Source: Acidimicrobiia bacterium
GTDB taxonomy: Bacteria > Actinomycetota > Acidimicrobiia > Spongiisociales > ZC4RG35
Assembly (NCBI GenBank): GCA_050741975.1
Contig: JBOGET010000120.1
Location: forward strand, 17,156 to 81,155
DNA length: 64,000 nucleotides
Reading direction: 5' to 3'
Part shown: positions 37,480 to 50,178 of the stretch, piece by piece
Numbering within the stretch: position 1 is the first letter of the stretch
Layout of the letters: every line of letters begins with the position of its first letter
The notes under the pieces: generated by a model
What the model saw: only the letters and a program-made list of their open reading frames with translations
Told to the model about the DNA's origin: nothing
Database searches by the model: none
Made by a program: the position numbers and the translations under genes

Positions 37480-38270
37480 CGGGGTCCCGTCTCCGAACCG
37501 GAGAGCTCTTCTGGTCGGTGAGCGGATCGGCATTGAGCCACCCGCTGGTGATGCTGCACTCCCTCGGGGCGGACAGCACCATGTGGGAGCCGAACCTCGG
37601 TGGGCTCTCCACCATCCGCCGGCTGATCTCGATCGACCTGCCCGGGCACGGGGCCTCCTCCGCCGCCCCGGGCCCCTACTCACTCGACGAGATCGCCCAG
37701 GACGTGATCGATGCCGCCGGTGCCGCCGGTGCCGTCCGATTCGACGTCTGTGGCATCTCTCTCGGGGGCCTGATCGGCCTGTGGCTGGCGATCAACGCCC
37801 CGGACCGGGTCACCGGCCTGGTGGCGGCCAACACCGCCGCCCGGGTCGGGACCGAGGCTCTCTGGCAGGAGCGGATCGATGCGGTCACGGCCGGTGGGAT
37901 GGAGTCGATCAGGGATCGCGTGGTGGCCCGGTTCTTCACCACCCAGTTCGCCCGACGCGACCCCGAGTGGTTCGCCCGGGTCAACGGTCTCTTCGCCGCC
38001 GTCGACCCGGTCGGATATTCCGGGTGTTGTGCCGCCCTGAGAGACGCCGACCTGCGGCAATCGGTCGCCGGCATCCGGTGCCCGACCCTGATCGTCGCGG
38101 GTGACCAGGATGTGGCGACACCGGTATCCGAGTCGGAGTGGCTCCAAGGCCAGATCGCCGGGAGCCATCTGGAGGTCATCGAGGAGGCTGCGCATCTCTC
38201 CAGCCTCGAGCAACCGGACATCTTCACCTCTGTGGTGCACCGCTTCCTCGCCGCGCTCCAGCCCGTCTAG
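37476..38270 (+). CDS. pcaD: 3-oxoadipate enol-lactonase (alpha/beta hydrolase)
   Basis: HPLVMLHSLGADSTMW...CGISLGGLIG is the nucleophile elbow GxSxG. Its position after pcaB is typical. Confidence 0.75.
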   Translation: MTGSRLRTGELFWSVSGSALSHPLVMLHSLGADSTMWEPNLGGLSTIRRLISIDLPGHGASSAAPGPYSLDEIAQDVIDAAGAAGAVRFDVCGISLGGLIGLWLAINAPDRVTGLVAANTAARVGTEALWQERIDAVTAGGMESIRDRVVARFFTTQFARRDPEWFARVNGLFAAVDPVGYSGCCAALRDADLRQSVAGIRCPTLIVAGDQDVATPVSESEWLQGQIAGSHLEVIEEAAHLSSLEQPDIFTSVVHRFLAALQPV

Positions 38271-38279
38271 CTTGCGATC

Positions 38280-38720
38280 GTGCCCAGCGACACCTTCCAA
38301 CACACGTCGAGCACCCCGGCCGGCGTCGAATCGGTGTGGAAGGCCCTCGATGAGCCTTCCACCTGGGAGGCGATCCCCGGTGTCGACAGGGTCGTGGACC
38401 CGATCTTCGACGCCTCGGGTCGTCTCGACGGGTTCTCGTTCGAGACCCTGATCGGCGGCAAGACCTATATGGGTGAGGCGAGGCCTGCCGGTCGCGAGGA
38501 AGGAAAGCTGATGGCCTGGGACATCTCCACCTCCGAGCTCAAGGGGAGGATGACGGTTGCTCTCGGCCCCGCCGGCGACCTGACCAGGGTCCAGGTCCGG
38601 CTCCAGGTCGAAGGTGTCGGAATGCTCGGCGCAATGTTCTTCCCGGTCATCGCCTCGGCGATAGGCAACGGCTTCCCCCAAGCGGTCGAGGAGTTCGTGC
38701 AAGGGTTTGACCCCGCCTGA
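38280..38720 (+). CDS. SRPBCC (polyketide cyclase/dehydrase-like) family protein
   Basis: 146 aa, helix-grip-like composition. Follows pcaD with a 10-nt gap. Confidence 0.45.
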   Translation: MPSDTFQHTSSTPAGVESVWKALDEPSTWEAIPGVDRVVDPIFDASGRLDGFSFETLIGGKTYMGEARPAGREEGKLMAWDISTSELKGRMTVALGPAGDLTRVQVRLQVEGVGMLGAMFFPVIASAIGNGFPQAVEEFVQGFDPA

Positions 38721-38761
38721 TCGGGATCGTCAGGTCCTCGTTCGAGCCCTGAGCGTCCCGA

Positions 38762-40539
<1,778 letters not shown>

Positions 40540-40544
40540 TCATC

Positions 40545-41444
40545 TCAGTGTGGTTTTCCTGTCCGGCCCTCGGCGAGGGCCTCCGCCCCGCCCACGATCT
40601 CGGCGATGGCGGTGGTGATCTCGGCTTGACGGGCCCGGTTGGCCTGGACCCGGAGGATCCTTATCAGCTCCTCGGCGTTGTCGGTAGCGGCCTTCATCGC
40701 CCGCCGTCTCGCACTGTGCTCCGATGCGGAAGCCTCGAGCAGGATGTTGAAGATGGTGGCCTCCACGTACCGGGGAAGGAGACGGTCGAGTATCTCCTCG
40801 GGTGAAGGCTCGTACTCGTAGGAGACCCGCTGTGCCCGCTCCTCATCGGTCATCTCCGGCGGGGTGATGGGCAGCAGGTCGAGCCGGCTGGGCACCTGGG
40901 TCATCGCCGACTGGAAGCTGGTGAAGAACACCTCCAACGAGTCGATGTGGCCCGTGGCGAAAGCGGCCAGCGCCGTATTGGCGACGGCACGGGCGTCACC
41001 GTATCCCGGGGTGTCGGTCACCCCGACGTAGGCGCCTTCGATCCGGTAGCGCCGGTAGCGGAAGTAGGCCTGCGCCTTCTTGCCCACCGCATAGAGGACC
41101 ACGTCCTTGCCCTCGTGATCGAGCTCCCGGATCCGGGATTCGGCGAGTCGTATCACGTTGGAGGAATAGGAACCGGCCAGACCACGGTCCGAGGAGACAA
41201 CGAGCAGACCGACGGTCTCGATGTCCCGCTGCTCGAGCAGGATGTGGGACGACCCGGTGCCGGCAGAGCCTACGTTCTCGATGACCTCGATCAGCTTCGC
41301 CGTGTACGGCTGGGACGCTTTGACGCGAGCCTGCGCCTTGGGGATGCGGCTGGCGGCGATCAGCTCCATGGCGCGGGTGATCTTCTTGATCGCCTCGACG
41401 GATCCGATCCGTCGCCGTGTGTCACGAAGCTGGGCGGAAGCCAT
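40545..41444 (-). CDS. atpG: ATP synthase F1 gamma subunit
   Basis: MASAQLRDTRRRIGSVEAIKKITRAMELIAASR. Confidence 0.9.
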   Translation of the reverse strand: MASAQLRDTRRRIGSVEAIKKITRAMELIAASRIPKAQARVKASQPYTAKLIEVIENVGSAGTGSSHILLEQRDIETVGLLVVSSDRGLAGSYSSNVIRLAESRIRELDHEGKDVVLYAVGKKAQAYFRYRRYRIEGAYVGVTDTPGYGDARAVANTALAAFATGHIDSLEVFFTSFQSAMTQVPSRLDLLPITPPEMTDEERAQRVSYEYEPSPEEILDRLLPRYVEATIFNILLEASASEHSARRRAMKAATDNAEELIRILRVQANRARQAEITTAIAEIVGGAEALAEGRTGKPH

Positions 41445-41454
41445 CGGGCGCCCG

Positions 41455-42996
41455 TCACTCCTCGGTCACGGAGCCCTCGAAGGTCTCCTTGAACTCGGCG
41501 ATGGCCCCATTGATGGTCGCCGCCTCCGGGAGCTTCCCCGTATCCCGCAGCTCGGTCAACAGACCGGGCTGCCGGGTGCGAAAGTACTCACGGAGCCCGG
41601 TCTCGAAACGATGTATGTCGGCGATCTCGACATCGTCCATCTGACCCTCGGTGACAGCGTAGATGACCACGACCTGCTCCTCGATCGGCACCGGCGAGAA
41701 CTGGGGTTGCTTCAGCACCTCCACGACACGACGTCCCCGCTCCAGCTGAGCCAGCGAGGTTGCATCCAACTCCGAGCCGAACTCGGCGAAGGCGGCCAGG
41801 TCGCGGTATTGGGCCAGGTTGAGCCGGAGGGGCCCGGCGATCTTCTTCATGGCGGCGACTTGGGCCGCGCCGCCGACCCGGGACACCGAGGTACCGGCGT
41901 TCAGCGCCGGCCGGATCCCCTGGTAGAAGAGGTCGGTCTCGAGGAAGCACTGACCGTCGGTGATCGAGATCACGTTGGTCGGGATGTAGGCCGAGATGTC
42001 GTTCGACTTGGTCTCGATGACGGGCAGACCGGTCATCGAGCCCGCCCCCAGCTCGTCGGAGAGCTTGGCGCAGCGCTCGAGGAGCCGGCTGTGCAGATAG
42101 AACACGTCACCGGGGTAGGCCTCACGACCTGGCGGGCGACGCAGCAGCAGTGAGATCTCCCGATAGGCCACGGCCTGCTTGGAGAGATCGTCGAACATGA
42201 CAAGGGTGTGCTGCCCCTTGTACATCCAATGCTGGCCGATGGCCGACCCGGCGTAGGGGGCGTACATCTGGAGGGCGGGGGCGGCCGACGCCGGGGCGTT
42301 GACGATCACGGTGTACTCCATGGCGCCGTGTTCTTCGAGAGTGGAGACGATCTCGGCCACCGTCGACGCCTTCTGCCCGATGGCGACGTATATGCACTTG
42401 ACCTCGTCCTTGGTGCCCTGGTTGACCTTCTGGTTGATGATGGTGTCGACCAGGATGGCGGTCTTGCCGGTCTGCCGGTCACCGATGATCAGCTGACGCT
42501 GTCCTCGCCCGATGGGGGTCATCGAGTCGATGGCCTTGATTCCGGTCTGCAGCGGCTCGCTGACCGGCTGTCTCTGCACCACCGACGGTGCTTGTGTCTC
42601 CAGGAGACGGCGCTCGGTGGTGTTGATCGGGCCCTTGCCGTCGACGGGGTTGCCCAGAGGGTCGATGACCCGCCCCAGCAGTGCGTCGCCGACCGGGACG
42701 GAGAGAACCGTGCCGGTCTGCTTGACCGGGTCCCCCTGCTGGATGTGGCTCGCCTCACCGAGGATGACCACACCGAGGTCCTCCTCGTCGATGTTCAGGG
42801 TGACGCCGATCAGACCGCCGGGGAGCTCGAGCAACTCGGAGGCCATGACGTTGGGAAGACCCTCTACCCGGGCCACGCCGTCGGCGATGGAGGTGACATA
42901 GCCGACGGTCTCCTTTTCCACCTCCGGCTCCCAGCCCGAGAGCTGGTCGCGCAGAGTCTCTGTGATCCGGTCGGCGGTGATGGTCAGATCGGACAT
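41455..42996 (-). CDS. atpA: ATP synthase F1 alpha subunit
   Basis: [10 protein letters not shown] Walker A; full-length alpha. Confidence 0.95.
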   Translation of the reverse strand: MSDLTITADRITETLRDQLSGWEPEVEKETVGYVTSIADGVARVEGLPNVMASELLELPGGLIGVTLNIDEEDLGVVILGEASHIQQGDPVKQTGTVLSVPVGDALLGRVIDPLGNPVDGKGPINTTERRLLETQAPSVVQRQPVSEPLQTGIKAIDSMTPIGRGQRQLIIGDRQTGKTAILVDTIINQKVNQGTKDEVKCIYVAIGQKASTVAEIVSTLEEHGAMEYTVIVNAPASAAPALQMYAPYAGSAIGQHWMYKGQHTLVMFDDLSKQAVAYREISLLLRRPPGREAYPGDVFYLHSRLLERCAKLSDELGAGSMTGLPVIETKSNDISAYIPTNVISITDGQCFLETDLFYQGIRPALNAGTSVSRVGGAAQVAAMKKIAGPLRLNLAQYRDLAAFAEFGSELDATSLAQLERGRRVVEVLKQPQFSPVPIEEQVVVIYAVTEGQMDDVEIADIHRFETGLREYFRTRQPGLLTELRDTGKLPEAATINGAIAEFKETFEGSVTEE

Positions 42997-43004
42997 GTTT
43001 CTCC

Positions 43005-43538
43005 TCAGCGGCTGAGAACGGTTTGACGAAGTTCCTCGAGTGAGTTGGCCACGGACCCGTCGATCACCACGTCGCCGACCCTGGCCACGATCCCACCGAT
43101 GACCGACTCGTCGACGATCACCTTCACCTCGACCTTGCGTCCGGTGGCCTTGCCCAGTGCGGCGGCGAGACGTTCGACGGTGGCGTCGTCGAGCGGGACG
43201 GCACTTCGGACCTCGGCCAATGCCCTGGACCGGGACTCGACGGCCTGCTCCAAGAATGATGCGGCAATCGAAGGGAGCTCGGAGGCGCGGCCGACCCCGA
43301 CGATGAACTGGACCAGCCCCACGGTGAGATTGGAGGCCCGGCCACCGATGAGCTCGTCGATGACCGCCCGCTTCTTCTCCAAGGGGAGCTGAGGGTCGGT
43401 GAGGGCGGATCTCAGGTCGGCGGATTTTTCCAGCGCCTGGCTGATGGCGAAGAACTCGGACTCGACGACCTCCAACTCACCCTCGGCCTCGGCGAGGTCG
43501 AGGATGGCGCCGGCGTACCCCGAGACCCGATCGCTCAT
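43005..43538 (-). CDS. atpH: ATP synthase F1 delta subunit
   Basis: OSCP/delta family; its position is between atpF and atpA. Confidence 0.85.
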   Translation of the reverse strand: MSDRVSGYAGAILDLAEAEGELEVVESEFFAISQALEKSADLRSALTDPQLPLEKKRAVIDELIGGRASNLTVGLVQFIVGVGRASELPSIAASFLEQAVESRSRALAEVRSAVPLDDATVERLAAALGKATGRKVEVKVIVDESVIGGIVARVGDVVIDGSVANSLEELRQTVLSR

Positions 43539-44093
43539 CTACAGGGTCTCCAGCTCGGTGAGGTAGCGCTCGATCAGGTCTTTCTGGATCTTGTCGTCCA
43601 GCGAGCCACCGACGATCTTCTCGGCTAGCCCGACGGAGATCTCGCCCACCTCGCGACGAGCTTCGGCGAGGGCACGGGTCTTCTCGGCCTCCGCCTCCTC
43701 CCGGGCCTTGGCCAGGGTCTGGGCGGCTTCCTCCTCGGCCCGGGCCACGATGTCGGCCTTGAGCTGCTCCCCGGCGGTCCGGGCGTCTTCGATCATCCGG
43801 TTGCCCTCGGCCTTGGCCTCGGCGAGCTGGGCCCGATAGTCGGCGAGAAGGCTCTCCGCCTCCCGCTTCGACTGCTCGGCCTCGGCGAGCTGGCCGGTGA
43901 TGGCCTGCTGGCGGGCCTCGAGGGTCTTGTTGATGGTGGGAAGGGCGTACTTCCAAACGAAGAAGAAGACGATGAGAAAGGCCAGGATGCCGGCGATCAG
44001 CTCGGCGGGCTCGGGCAACACCAGGCTGGCGCCGGAGGCTGCCTCCTCGCCTTCCTCGGTGGCCAGCACGGCCAGCGCGGTCAACAGATGCAT
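43539..44093 (-). CDS. atpF: ATP synthase F0 subunit b
   Basis: N-terminal TM plus a long charged coiled coil. Confidence 0.85.
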   Translation of the reverse strand: MHLLTALAVLATEEGEEAASGASLVLPEPAELIAGILAFLIVFFFVWKYALPTINKTLEARQQAITGQLAEAEQSKREAESLLADYRAQLAEAKAEGNRMIEDARTAGEQLKADIVARAEEEAAQTLAKAREEAEAEKTRALAEARREVGEISVGLAEKIVGGSLDDKIQKDLIERYLTELETL

Positions 44094-44102
44094 CTCCGCC
44101 TC

Positions 44103-45141
<1,039 letters not shown>

Positions 45142-45154
<13 letters not shown>

Positions 45155-45564
45155 CTCGGCTCCCTTTCTCTACGTTTTGACATCGACACCGCCTCCCAGG
45201 TCAAGAGTGTGAGGTAGGCAACCACCGCCGCCACCCCAAACGCCGGCCGGTCCACGTCGACCGCACTTGCGATCAGGTAGATGGCGCCGATGAACAAGCC
45301 AAGACGTAGGAAGAAGCCGACCAGAGCGGCGACATGATAAGCCTGGAGGCCGATCCTTGCCGAAATCGAGAGGATGGCTCCCGACAGCAGGAAGTTGGCG
45401 ATGACCACCGCCACGCCAAGAGCGGCGCTCCAGGCCCCATCCCATCCCCGGAGGAGACCGAAGAGGAGGATCAGCACGGGGCCGACGTAGATACCGCGGC
45501 TGACGGTGCTCCGGGCAAGGTCGGCCTCGATGGCCGGTCCGTGCTCAAGGTTCACGTTGGGCAT
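45142..45564 (-). CDS. Hydrophobic membrane protein in atp operon (AtpI-like)
   Basis: Four predicted TM helices; its position is immediately upstream of atpB. Confidence 0.4.
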
Positions 45565-45781
45565 CCTCGACCTCTCGCGACCACCGCCACATGCTCATGA
45601 ACCCCGAGTACGAGCCGAGGAGGATCCCGGCTACGACCAGCCAGGGGTCGGTGCCCAGCCAGCGGTCGGCGAGATAGCCGAGGAGTGCGCCGGCCAGGAT
45701 CGAGGAGACGAAGGAGCCCCCGTGGAGCCAACCTTCGTCGACGGCGCGCCCGACTTCTTGGTGGATGGTTTGGTGCTTCAT
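45545..45781 (-). CDS. AtpZ/AtpI-family small membrane protein
   Basis: 78 aa with two TM helices (SSILAGALLGYLADRWLG...WLVVAGILLGSYSGF). First gene of the atp operon. Confidence 0.5.
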   Translation of the reverse strand: MKHQTIHQEVGRAVDEGWLHGGSFVSSILAGALLGYLADRWLGTDPWLVVAGILLGSYSGFMSMWRWSREVEDAQREP

Positions 45782-45800
45782 GGGCTCGCTTGCTCCGAGC

Positions 45801-45816
45801 TTGTGAATCTATTCAC
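45801..45816. promoter_or_regulatory. Crp/GlxR-like site TGTGAATCTATTCACA upstream of atp operon
   Basis: Perfect TGTGA-N6-TCACA palindrome 20 bp upstream of the atpZ start, in an AT-richer intergenic region between glyA and the atp operon. Confidence 0.35.
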
Positions 45817-45882
45817 AAAGTGTAGGGCTGGGTTCGGATCGGGCCAAATCGAAGGTATACCTTATTGCGGGCCGACTTCGCC

Positions 45883-47154
45883 TCAGACATGCCCGGCAAA
45901 ATCCCTGGGATAGGGAGGGAAGCCGGAGGCCAGGTCGGAGACACGGGCCGTCACCTTTGACAGCTCCACCTCGTCATCCCGGTTCTGCAGGGCGTGGGCG
46001 ATGAGCGTTGCCACCTCGGCGGCCTGATCTTCCTTCATCCCCTGGGTGGTCATGGCCGGGGTCCCGATCCTGAGCCCTGAGGCCCTGAACGGGGGCCGGG
46101 GATCGAAGGGGATGGTGTTGAAGTTGAGGGTGATGCCCACTTCGTCGAGGAGCCGGGCGGCCCTCTTGCCGTCGAGGTCGTCGTCGATCGACCTCAGGTC
46201 GACTAGGAACAGGTGGTTGTCCGTCCCACCGGAGACCACCCGCACCCCGTGCTCCTGAATGCTCGTGGCCATGGCCCTGGCGTTGGCCACGATCTGCTCG
46301 GTATAGAGGTGGAAGCCGGGCTGCATCGCCTCGTGGAACGACACCGCCTTGGCTGCGATCTGGGACTCGATCGGCCCGCCCTGGGCATTGGGGAAGATCG
46401 CCTTGTCGATGTCCTTGGCATTTCGCTCGGTGCTCAGGATCACCCCGCCCCTGGGCCCCCTCAGAGCCTTGTGGGTGGTGCCGGTGACCACATCGGCATG
46501 GGGCACCGGCGACGGGTGCGACTTGCCGGCCACCAACCCGATGAAGTGGGCGGCGTCGACCATGAAGATGGCGCCGATCTCGTCGGCTATGGAGCGAAAG
46601 CCCTCGTAGTCGAGCACCCGGGAGTAGGCCGAGTAACCGGCGAGCACGATCTTCGGCTCGTACTCGAGGGCGAGGGCATGCACCTGGTCCATGTCGATCA
46701 GCTCGGTCTCCGGATCGACCCCGTAGGCCACGAAGTCGTAGTAGAGACCGGAGAAGTTGACCGGGGAGCCGTGGGTCAGATGCCCACCCTGGTCGAGACG
46801 CATCCCGAGCACGCGGTCACCCGGCTCGAGCAGCGAGAAATAGACGCCCATGTTGGCCTGGGCCCCCGAATGTGCCTGCACATTGGCGTGCTCGGCACCG
46901 AAGAGCTCCTTGGCCCGGTCGATGGCGAGCTGCTCCATCTCGTCCACCACCTGACAGCCCTCGTAGTAACGGCGTCCCGGATAGCCCTCGGCGTATTTGT
47001 TGGTGAACACCGATCCCGAGGCGGCCATCACCGCCGGCGAGGCGAAGTTCTCCGAGGCGATGAGATGGATGTGGGTGTTCTGTCGTTCCAGGTCCTTGCG
47101 AATGAGACCCGCTATCGCCGGGTCGACCTGCTCCAGTGGCTCGATCGAGATCAT
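45883..47154 (-). CDS. glyA: Serine hydroxymethyltransferase
   Basis: LIASENFASPAVMAA...TTHKALRGPRGG (PLP-Lys region). Confidence 0.95.
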   Translation of the reverse strand: MISIEPLEQVDPAIAGLIRKDLERQNTHIHLIASENFASPAVMAASGSVFTNKYAEGYPGRRYYEGCQVVDEMEQLAIDRAKELFGAEHANVQAHSGAQANMGVYFSLLEPGDRVLGMRLDQGGHLTHGSPVNFSGLYYDFVAYGVDPETELIDMDQVHALALEYEPKIVLAGYSAYSRVLDYEGFRSIADEIGAIFMVDAAHFIGLVAGKSHPSPVPHADVVTGTTHKALRGPRGGVILSTERNAKDIDKAIFPNAQGGPIESQIAAKAVSFHEAMQPGFHLYTEQIVANARAMATSIQEHGVRVVSGGTDNHLFLVDLRSIDDDLDGKRAARLLDEVGITLNFNTIPFDPRPPFRASGLRIGTPAMTTQGMKEDQAAEVATLIAHALQNRDDEVELSKVTARVSDLASGFPPYPRDFAGHV

Positions 47155-47168
47155 GACCCCGAGGGTAA

Positions 47169-47729
47169 CTACACGAACACAGGTCCCTGCCGCAGCACCA
47201 TGACCTCTCTCCCGGTGACGTCGACCACCGTCGAGGCCTCCCCACCGGGTGCCCTCCCCTCGACGTACACCGCCACCTGCTCGCCGAACACGGCCCGTGC
47301 CTCCTCGTCGCTCATCGACTCACCACCTCCACTGAGATTGGCCGAGGTCACGGCGAGCGGGCCGACGGCGGTCAGCAGCTCGATGGCTACGGCGTGATCG
47401 GGCACCCTGAGGCCGACGGTCTGCGGCTGGGCATCGCCCACCCAATCGGCCAGGATCACCTTCGGTGTGACCACCAGCGTGAGCGCTCCCGGCCAATGCG
47501 CGGCGGCGAGCTCGGCGGCCACCCCCTCGATCTCGCCGATGACCATTGCCTGCTCCAGCGAGGCGGCCAACAATCCGATCGGCTTGTGCCCGGGCCGGCC
47601 CTTCAGCTCGAACAACCTGGCTACCGCCACCTCGCTCATCGGATCGACCCCTATCCCGTAGACGGTGTCGGTGGGGAGGCCGATCACCTGCCCGGACCTG
47701 ATCGCCGCCACCGCTTCGTCGATGCTCAA
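47169..47729 (-). CDS. tsaC: L-threonylcarbamoyladenylate synthase (YrdC/Sua5 family)
   Basis: GQVIGLPTDTVYGIGVDP is the YrdC signature. Confidence 0.8.
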   Translation of the reverse strand: MSIDEAVAAIRSGQVIGLPTDTVYGIGVDPMSEVAVARLFELKGRPGHKPIGLLAASLEQAMVIGEIEGVAAELAAAHWPGALTLVVTPKVILADWVGDAQPQTVGLRVPDHAVAIELLTAVGPLAVTSANLSGGGESMSDEEARAVFGEQVAVYVEGRAPGGEASTVVDVTGREVMVLRQGPVFV

Positions 47730-48451
47730 GGTTTGACGGCGACGATGTAGCGGTCACGGCCGGTGAGGTCCTGACGGACGATCGCCGGCAGGTCCATGAA
47801 GGAGCTAGTGGCAGACACACCCTGCTTTTCCCCGATCTCACAGATCACGACGCCCCCGGGGCGCAGCCATGCCGCCGCCGAGGCGCCGATCCTCTGGATG
47901 ACCTCGAGCCCGGTCGGCCCCGCCACCAGCGCCACCTTCGGCTCACGCTGGACGTCGACGGGCAGCCGGTCGAAGTCGACTTCGGCCACATAGGGTGGGT
48001 TGGCGACGATGAGATCGACGGATCCGAGTATCGCGGTGGGCAGTGGGTCGAAGAGATTGCCTTCGGCCAGATAGATCTGCAGCCCTGTGCGATAGCGATT
48101 GTCGGTGGCGACCTCGATCGCATCCGCGGAGATGTCGGTGGCGAACACCGCCGCCGCCGGGAAGCGACTCTTGAGGGCCAGCGCCAGAGCACCTGACCCG
48201 GTACACAGGTCGACGATGATCTCCGGGCTGCGCACCATGCGAGACGACAGCTCGAATATCCCTTCGGTCTCCGGTCTGGGAATCAGAACCCGGTCGTCGA
48301 TCATGAGATCCAGCGGGCCAAACGCCGCCGTTCCCTCGATGTATTGCAGTGGCTCGCCCCCGAGCCGGCGGGCGATCAGTGCTTCGAGAGGAGTGTCGGG
48401 CCCGGCCAGCGCTTCGAGTCTGACCCTCTCATGTTCGGGAATCGTGGCCAT
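47726..48451 (-). CDS. prmC: Release-factor glutamine N5-methyltransferase
   Basis: IVANPPY motif; HemK family. Confidence 0.85.
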   Translation of the reverse strand: MATIPEHERVRLEALAGPDTPLEALIARRLGGEPLQYIEGTAAFGPLDLMIDDRVLIPRPETEGIFELSSRMVRSPEIIVDLCTGSGALALALKSRFPAAAVFATDISADAIEVATDNRYRTGLQIYLAEGNLFDPLPTAILGSVDLIVANPPYVAEVDFDRLPVDVQREPKVALVAGPTGLEVIQRIGASAAAWLRPGGVVICEIGEKQGVSATSSFMDLPAIVRQDLTGRDRYIVAVKP

Positions 48452-48604
48452 GCACGCACCAGGGTCTCAATATGGACAGCCGTCAGAAGATACTTCACTT
48501 TCGCGATCTGGCCGGGCACTTCCACGCCGCCATCCGGGGAGCGGCGTCCGTTTCTGCCATGATCAGGGCATATAACCTGCGGGTGGGAGAATTGGAGAGA
48601 GCTC

Positions 48605-48976
48605 TTGAAGAGCGAGATCAAGCGCGTTCTCGTCGCGGATGACTCGGAAACGGTCACCACCGTCCTGGTCACCGCGCTCCAGTTGGAGGGATATGAGGTG
48701 GACACCGCGGTCAACGGGGTCGAGGCGTACGAGAAGGGGTGCACCGGGGAATACGACCTGGTCATCCTCGACCAGCTCATGCCTGGCCTTCTCGGGCTGG
48801 AGATCATCGAGCGCTGGCAGCAGGAAGGCCACGAGATCCAAACCATCATGCTCTCCGGGGTCGATGACGAGCGCACGGTGGTGAGCAGCCTCGAATCGGG
48901 CGCCGTCGATTTCATAAGAAAGCCGTTCCGGCTCCCCGAGCTGCTGGCCCGGGTCCGCCAGCGTTTGCCTGCCTGA
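48605..48976 (+). CDS. Stand-alone response-regulator receiver domain (CheY-like)
   Basis: VLVADDSETV...DLVILDQLMPG...K. Conserved phospho-acceptor Asp, no output domain. TTG start with a GGAGA RBS. Confidence 0.75.
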   Translation: MKSEIKRVLVADDSETVTTVLVTALQLEGYEVDTAVNGVEAYEKGCTGEYDLVILDQLMPGLLGLEIIERWQQEGHEIQTIMLSGVDDERTVVSSLESGAVDFIRKPFRLPELLARVRQRLPA

Positions 48977-49032
48977 ATAACCCACCTTCTCAATACGGTC
49001 CCGTAATGAGCCGATGATTCAGCTGAGATCTC

Positions 49033-50178
49033 ATGAACGGGACAACGATCGGTCTGATCGCGGTCGGGATCGTGTTCATCGTGGACATCGCGCTCCTCTT
49101 GGGGCTGGTCGCGCTGAAGACTGTCCACCGCCGGCGCGCTGAGCGTCATGGGCTGCGCCGCGCCGCCTATGTGGCCGCCCTGAGCCGCCATCTCGCCTCC
49201 AACGCCCCCACCGAACCGATTGGACAGAGCGCCGCCGAGGACGATGCCTTCCTGGACGCCGTGATCGACCTGCGCAACCTCATGTCGGGTCACGAGATCG
49301 AGACTCTCTCCGGCATCGTCGACGGTCTGGGGCTGGCGGAGAGACAGGTGGCGAGGCTACGCAGTCGCTTTCCGTTGGGAAAACGGCTTCGCGCTGCCGT
49401 CTCACTGGCCGAGATGGGTGACGAGAGCACCGCCGGCGTCCTCATCGAACATCTGTCGGACCGGGAGCCGGAGATCCGGATCCAATGTGCCCGGGGCCTG
49501 GGGCGTATGCAGCACACGGCTGCGATCGACGCCATCCTGGAGAGACTCGGTCTCGAGGCCCCCTGGGTACGGGCCCGATTCGCCGACACCCTGGTCGGGT
49601 TCGGGGCCAAGGCAACCTGGCCGTTGGTGGCCTACATCAGGGTCAATCTGCGTCACAACGAGAACCAGGGCGTCATCGAGGCGATTCGGGTGTTGGGGAC
49701 GATCGGAGATCGCGACGTCGGCCCGACCCTGGCCGGAGTGCTCCGAGTGGCCAGTGATCCCGAGATCCAGCTCGCGGCAATCGAGGCCCTGGGGGCGGTG
49801 GGAGGCCCCCTGGCGATAAGACCCATCAAGCACACCTTCCGATCCTCCGACTGGAGGCTGAGGGCGAAGTCGGCCACGTCCCTCGGCCAGATCGGCGACC
49901 CCTCGATCAATGTCGTGCTCGCCGGCGGTCTCGAGGACGCCAACTGGTGGGTCCGTCGCAACAGCGCAGCAGCCCTTGCCTCGCTCCCCGGTGGCGAGGA
50001 GCACCTGTTCAAGGCCGTCGGATCAGATGACCCGTTCGCCCGCGACGCCGCCGCCGAAGCCCTCGCCGACTCGGGCGCCCTGGCCGCGGCCCGGGAACGC
50101 GAAGATCACGGGCAGGCGACGGAAAACGATCGCTTGCTCCTCGACCACGTGGAGGCCGGGGATTCGGTGTTGGCATGA
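49033..50178 (+). CDS. Membrane-anchored HEAT-repeat (PBS-lyase-like) protein
   Basis: N-terminal TM, then multiple HEAT-like repeats (…EIRIQCARGLGRM…, …WWVRRNSAAALASL…, …FARDAAAEALADSG). Confidence 0.6.
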   Translation: MNGTTIGLIAVGIVFIVDIALLLGLVALKTVHRRRAERHGLRRAAYVAALSRHLASNAPTEPIGQSAAEDDAFLDAVIDLRNLMSGHEIETLSGIVDGLGLAERQVARLRSRFPLGKRLRAAVSLAEMGDESTAGVLIEHLSDREPEIRIQCARGLGRMQHTAAIDAILERLGLEAPWVRARFADTLVGFGAKATWPLVAYIRVNLRHNENQGVIEAIRVLGTIGDRDVGPTLAGVLRVASDPEIQLAAIEALGAVGGPLAIRPIKHTFRSSDWRLRAKSATSLGQIGDPSINVVLAGGLEDANWWVRRNSAAALASLPGGEEHLFKAVGSDDPFARDAAAEALADSGALAAAREREDHGQATENDRLLLDHVEAGDSVLA

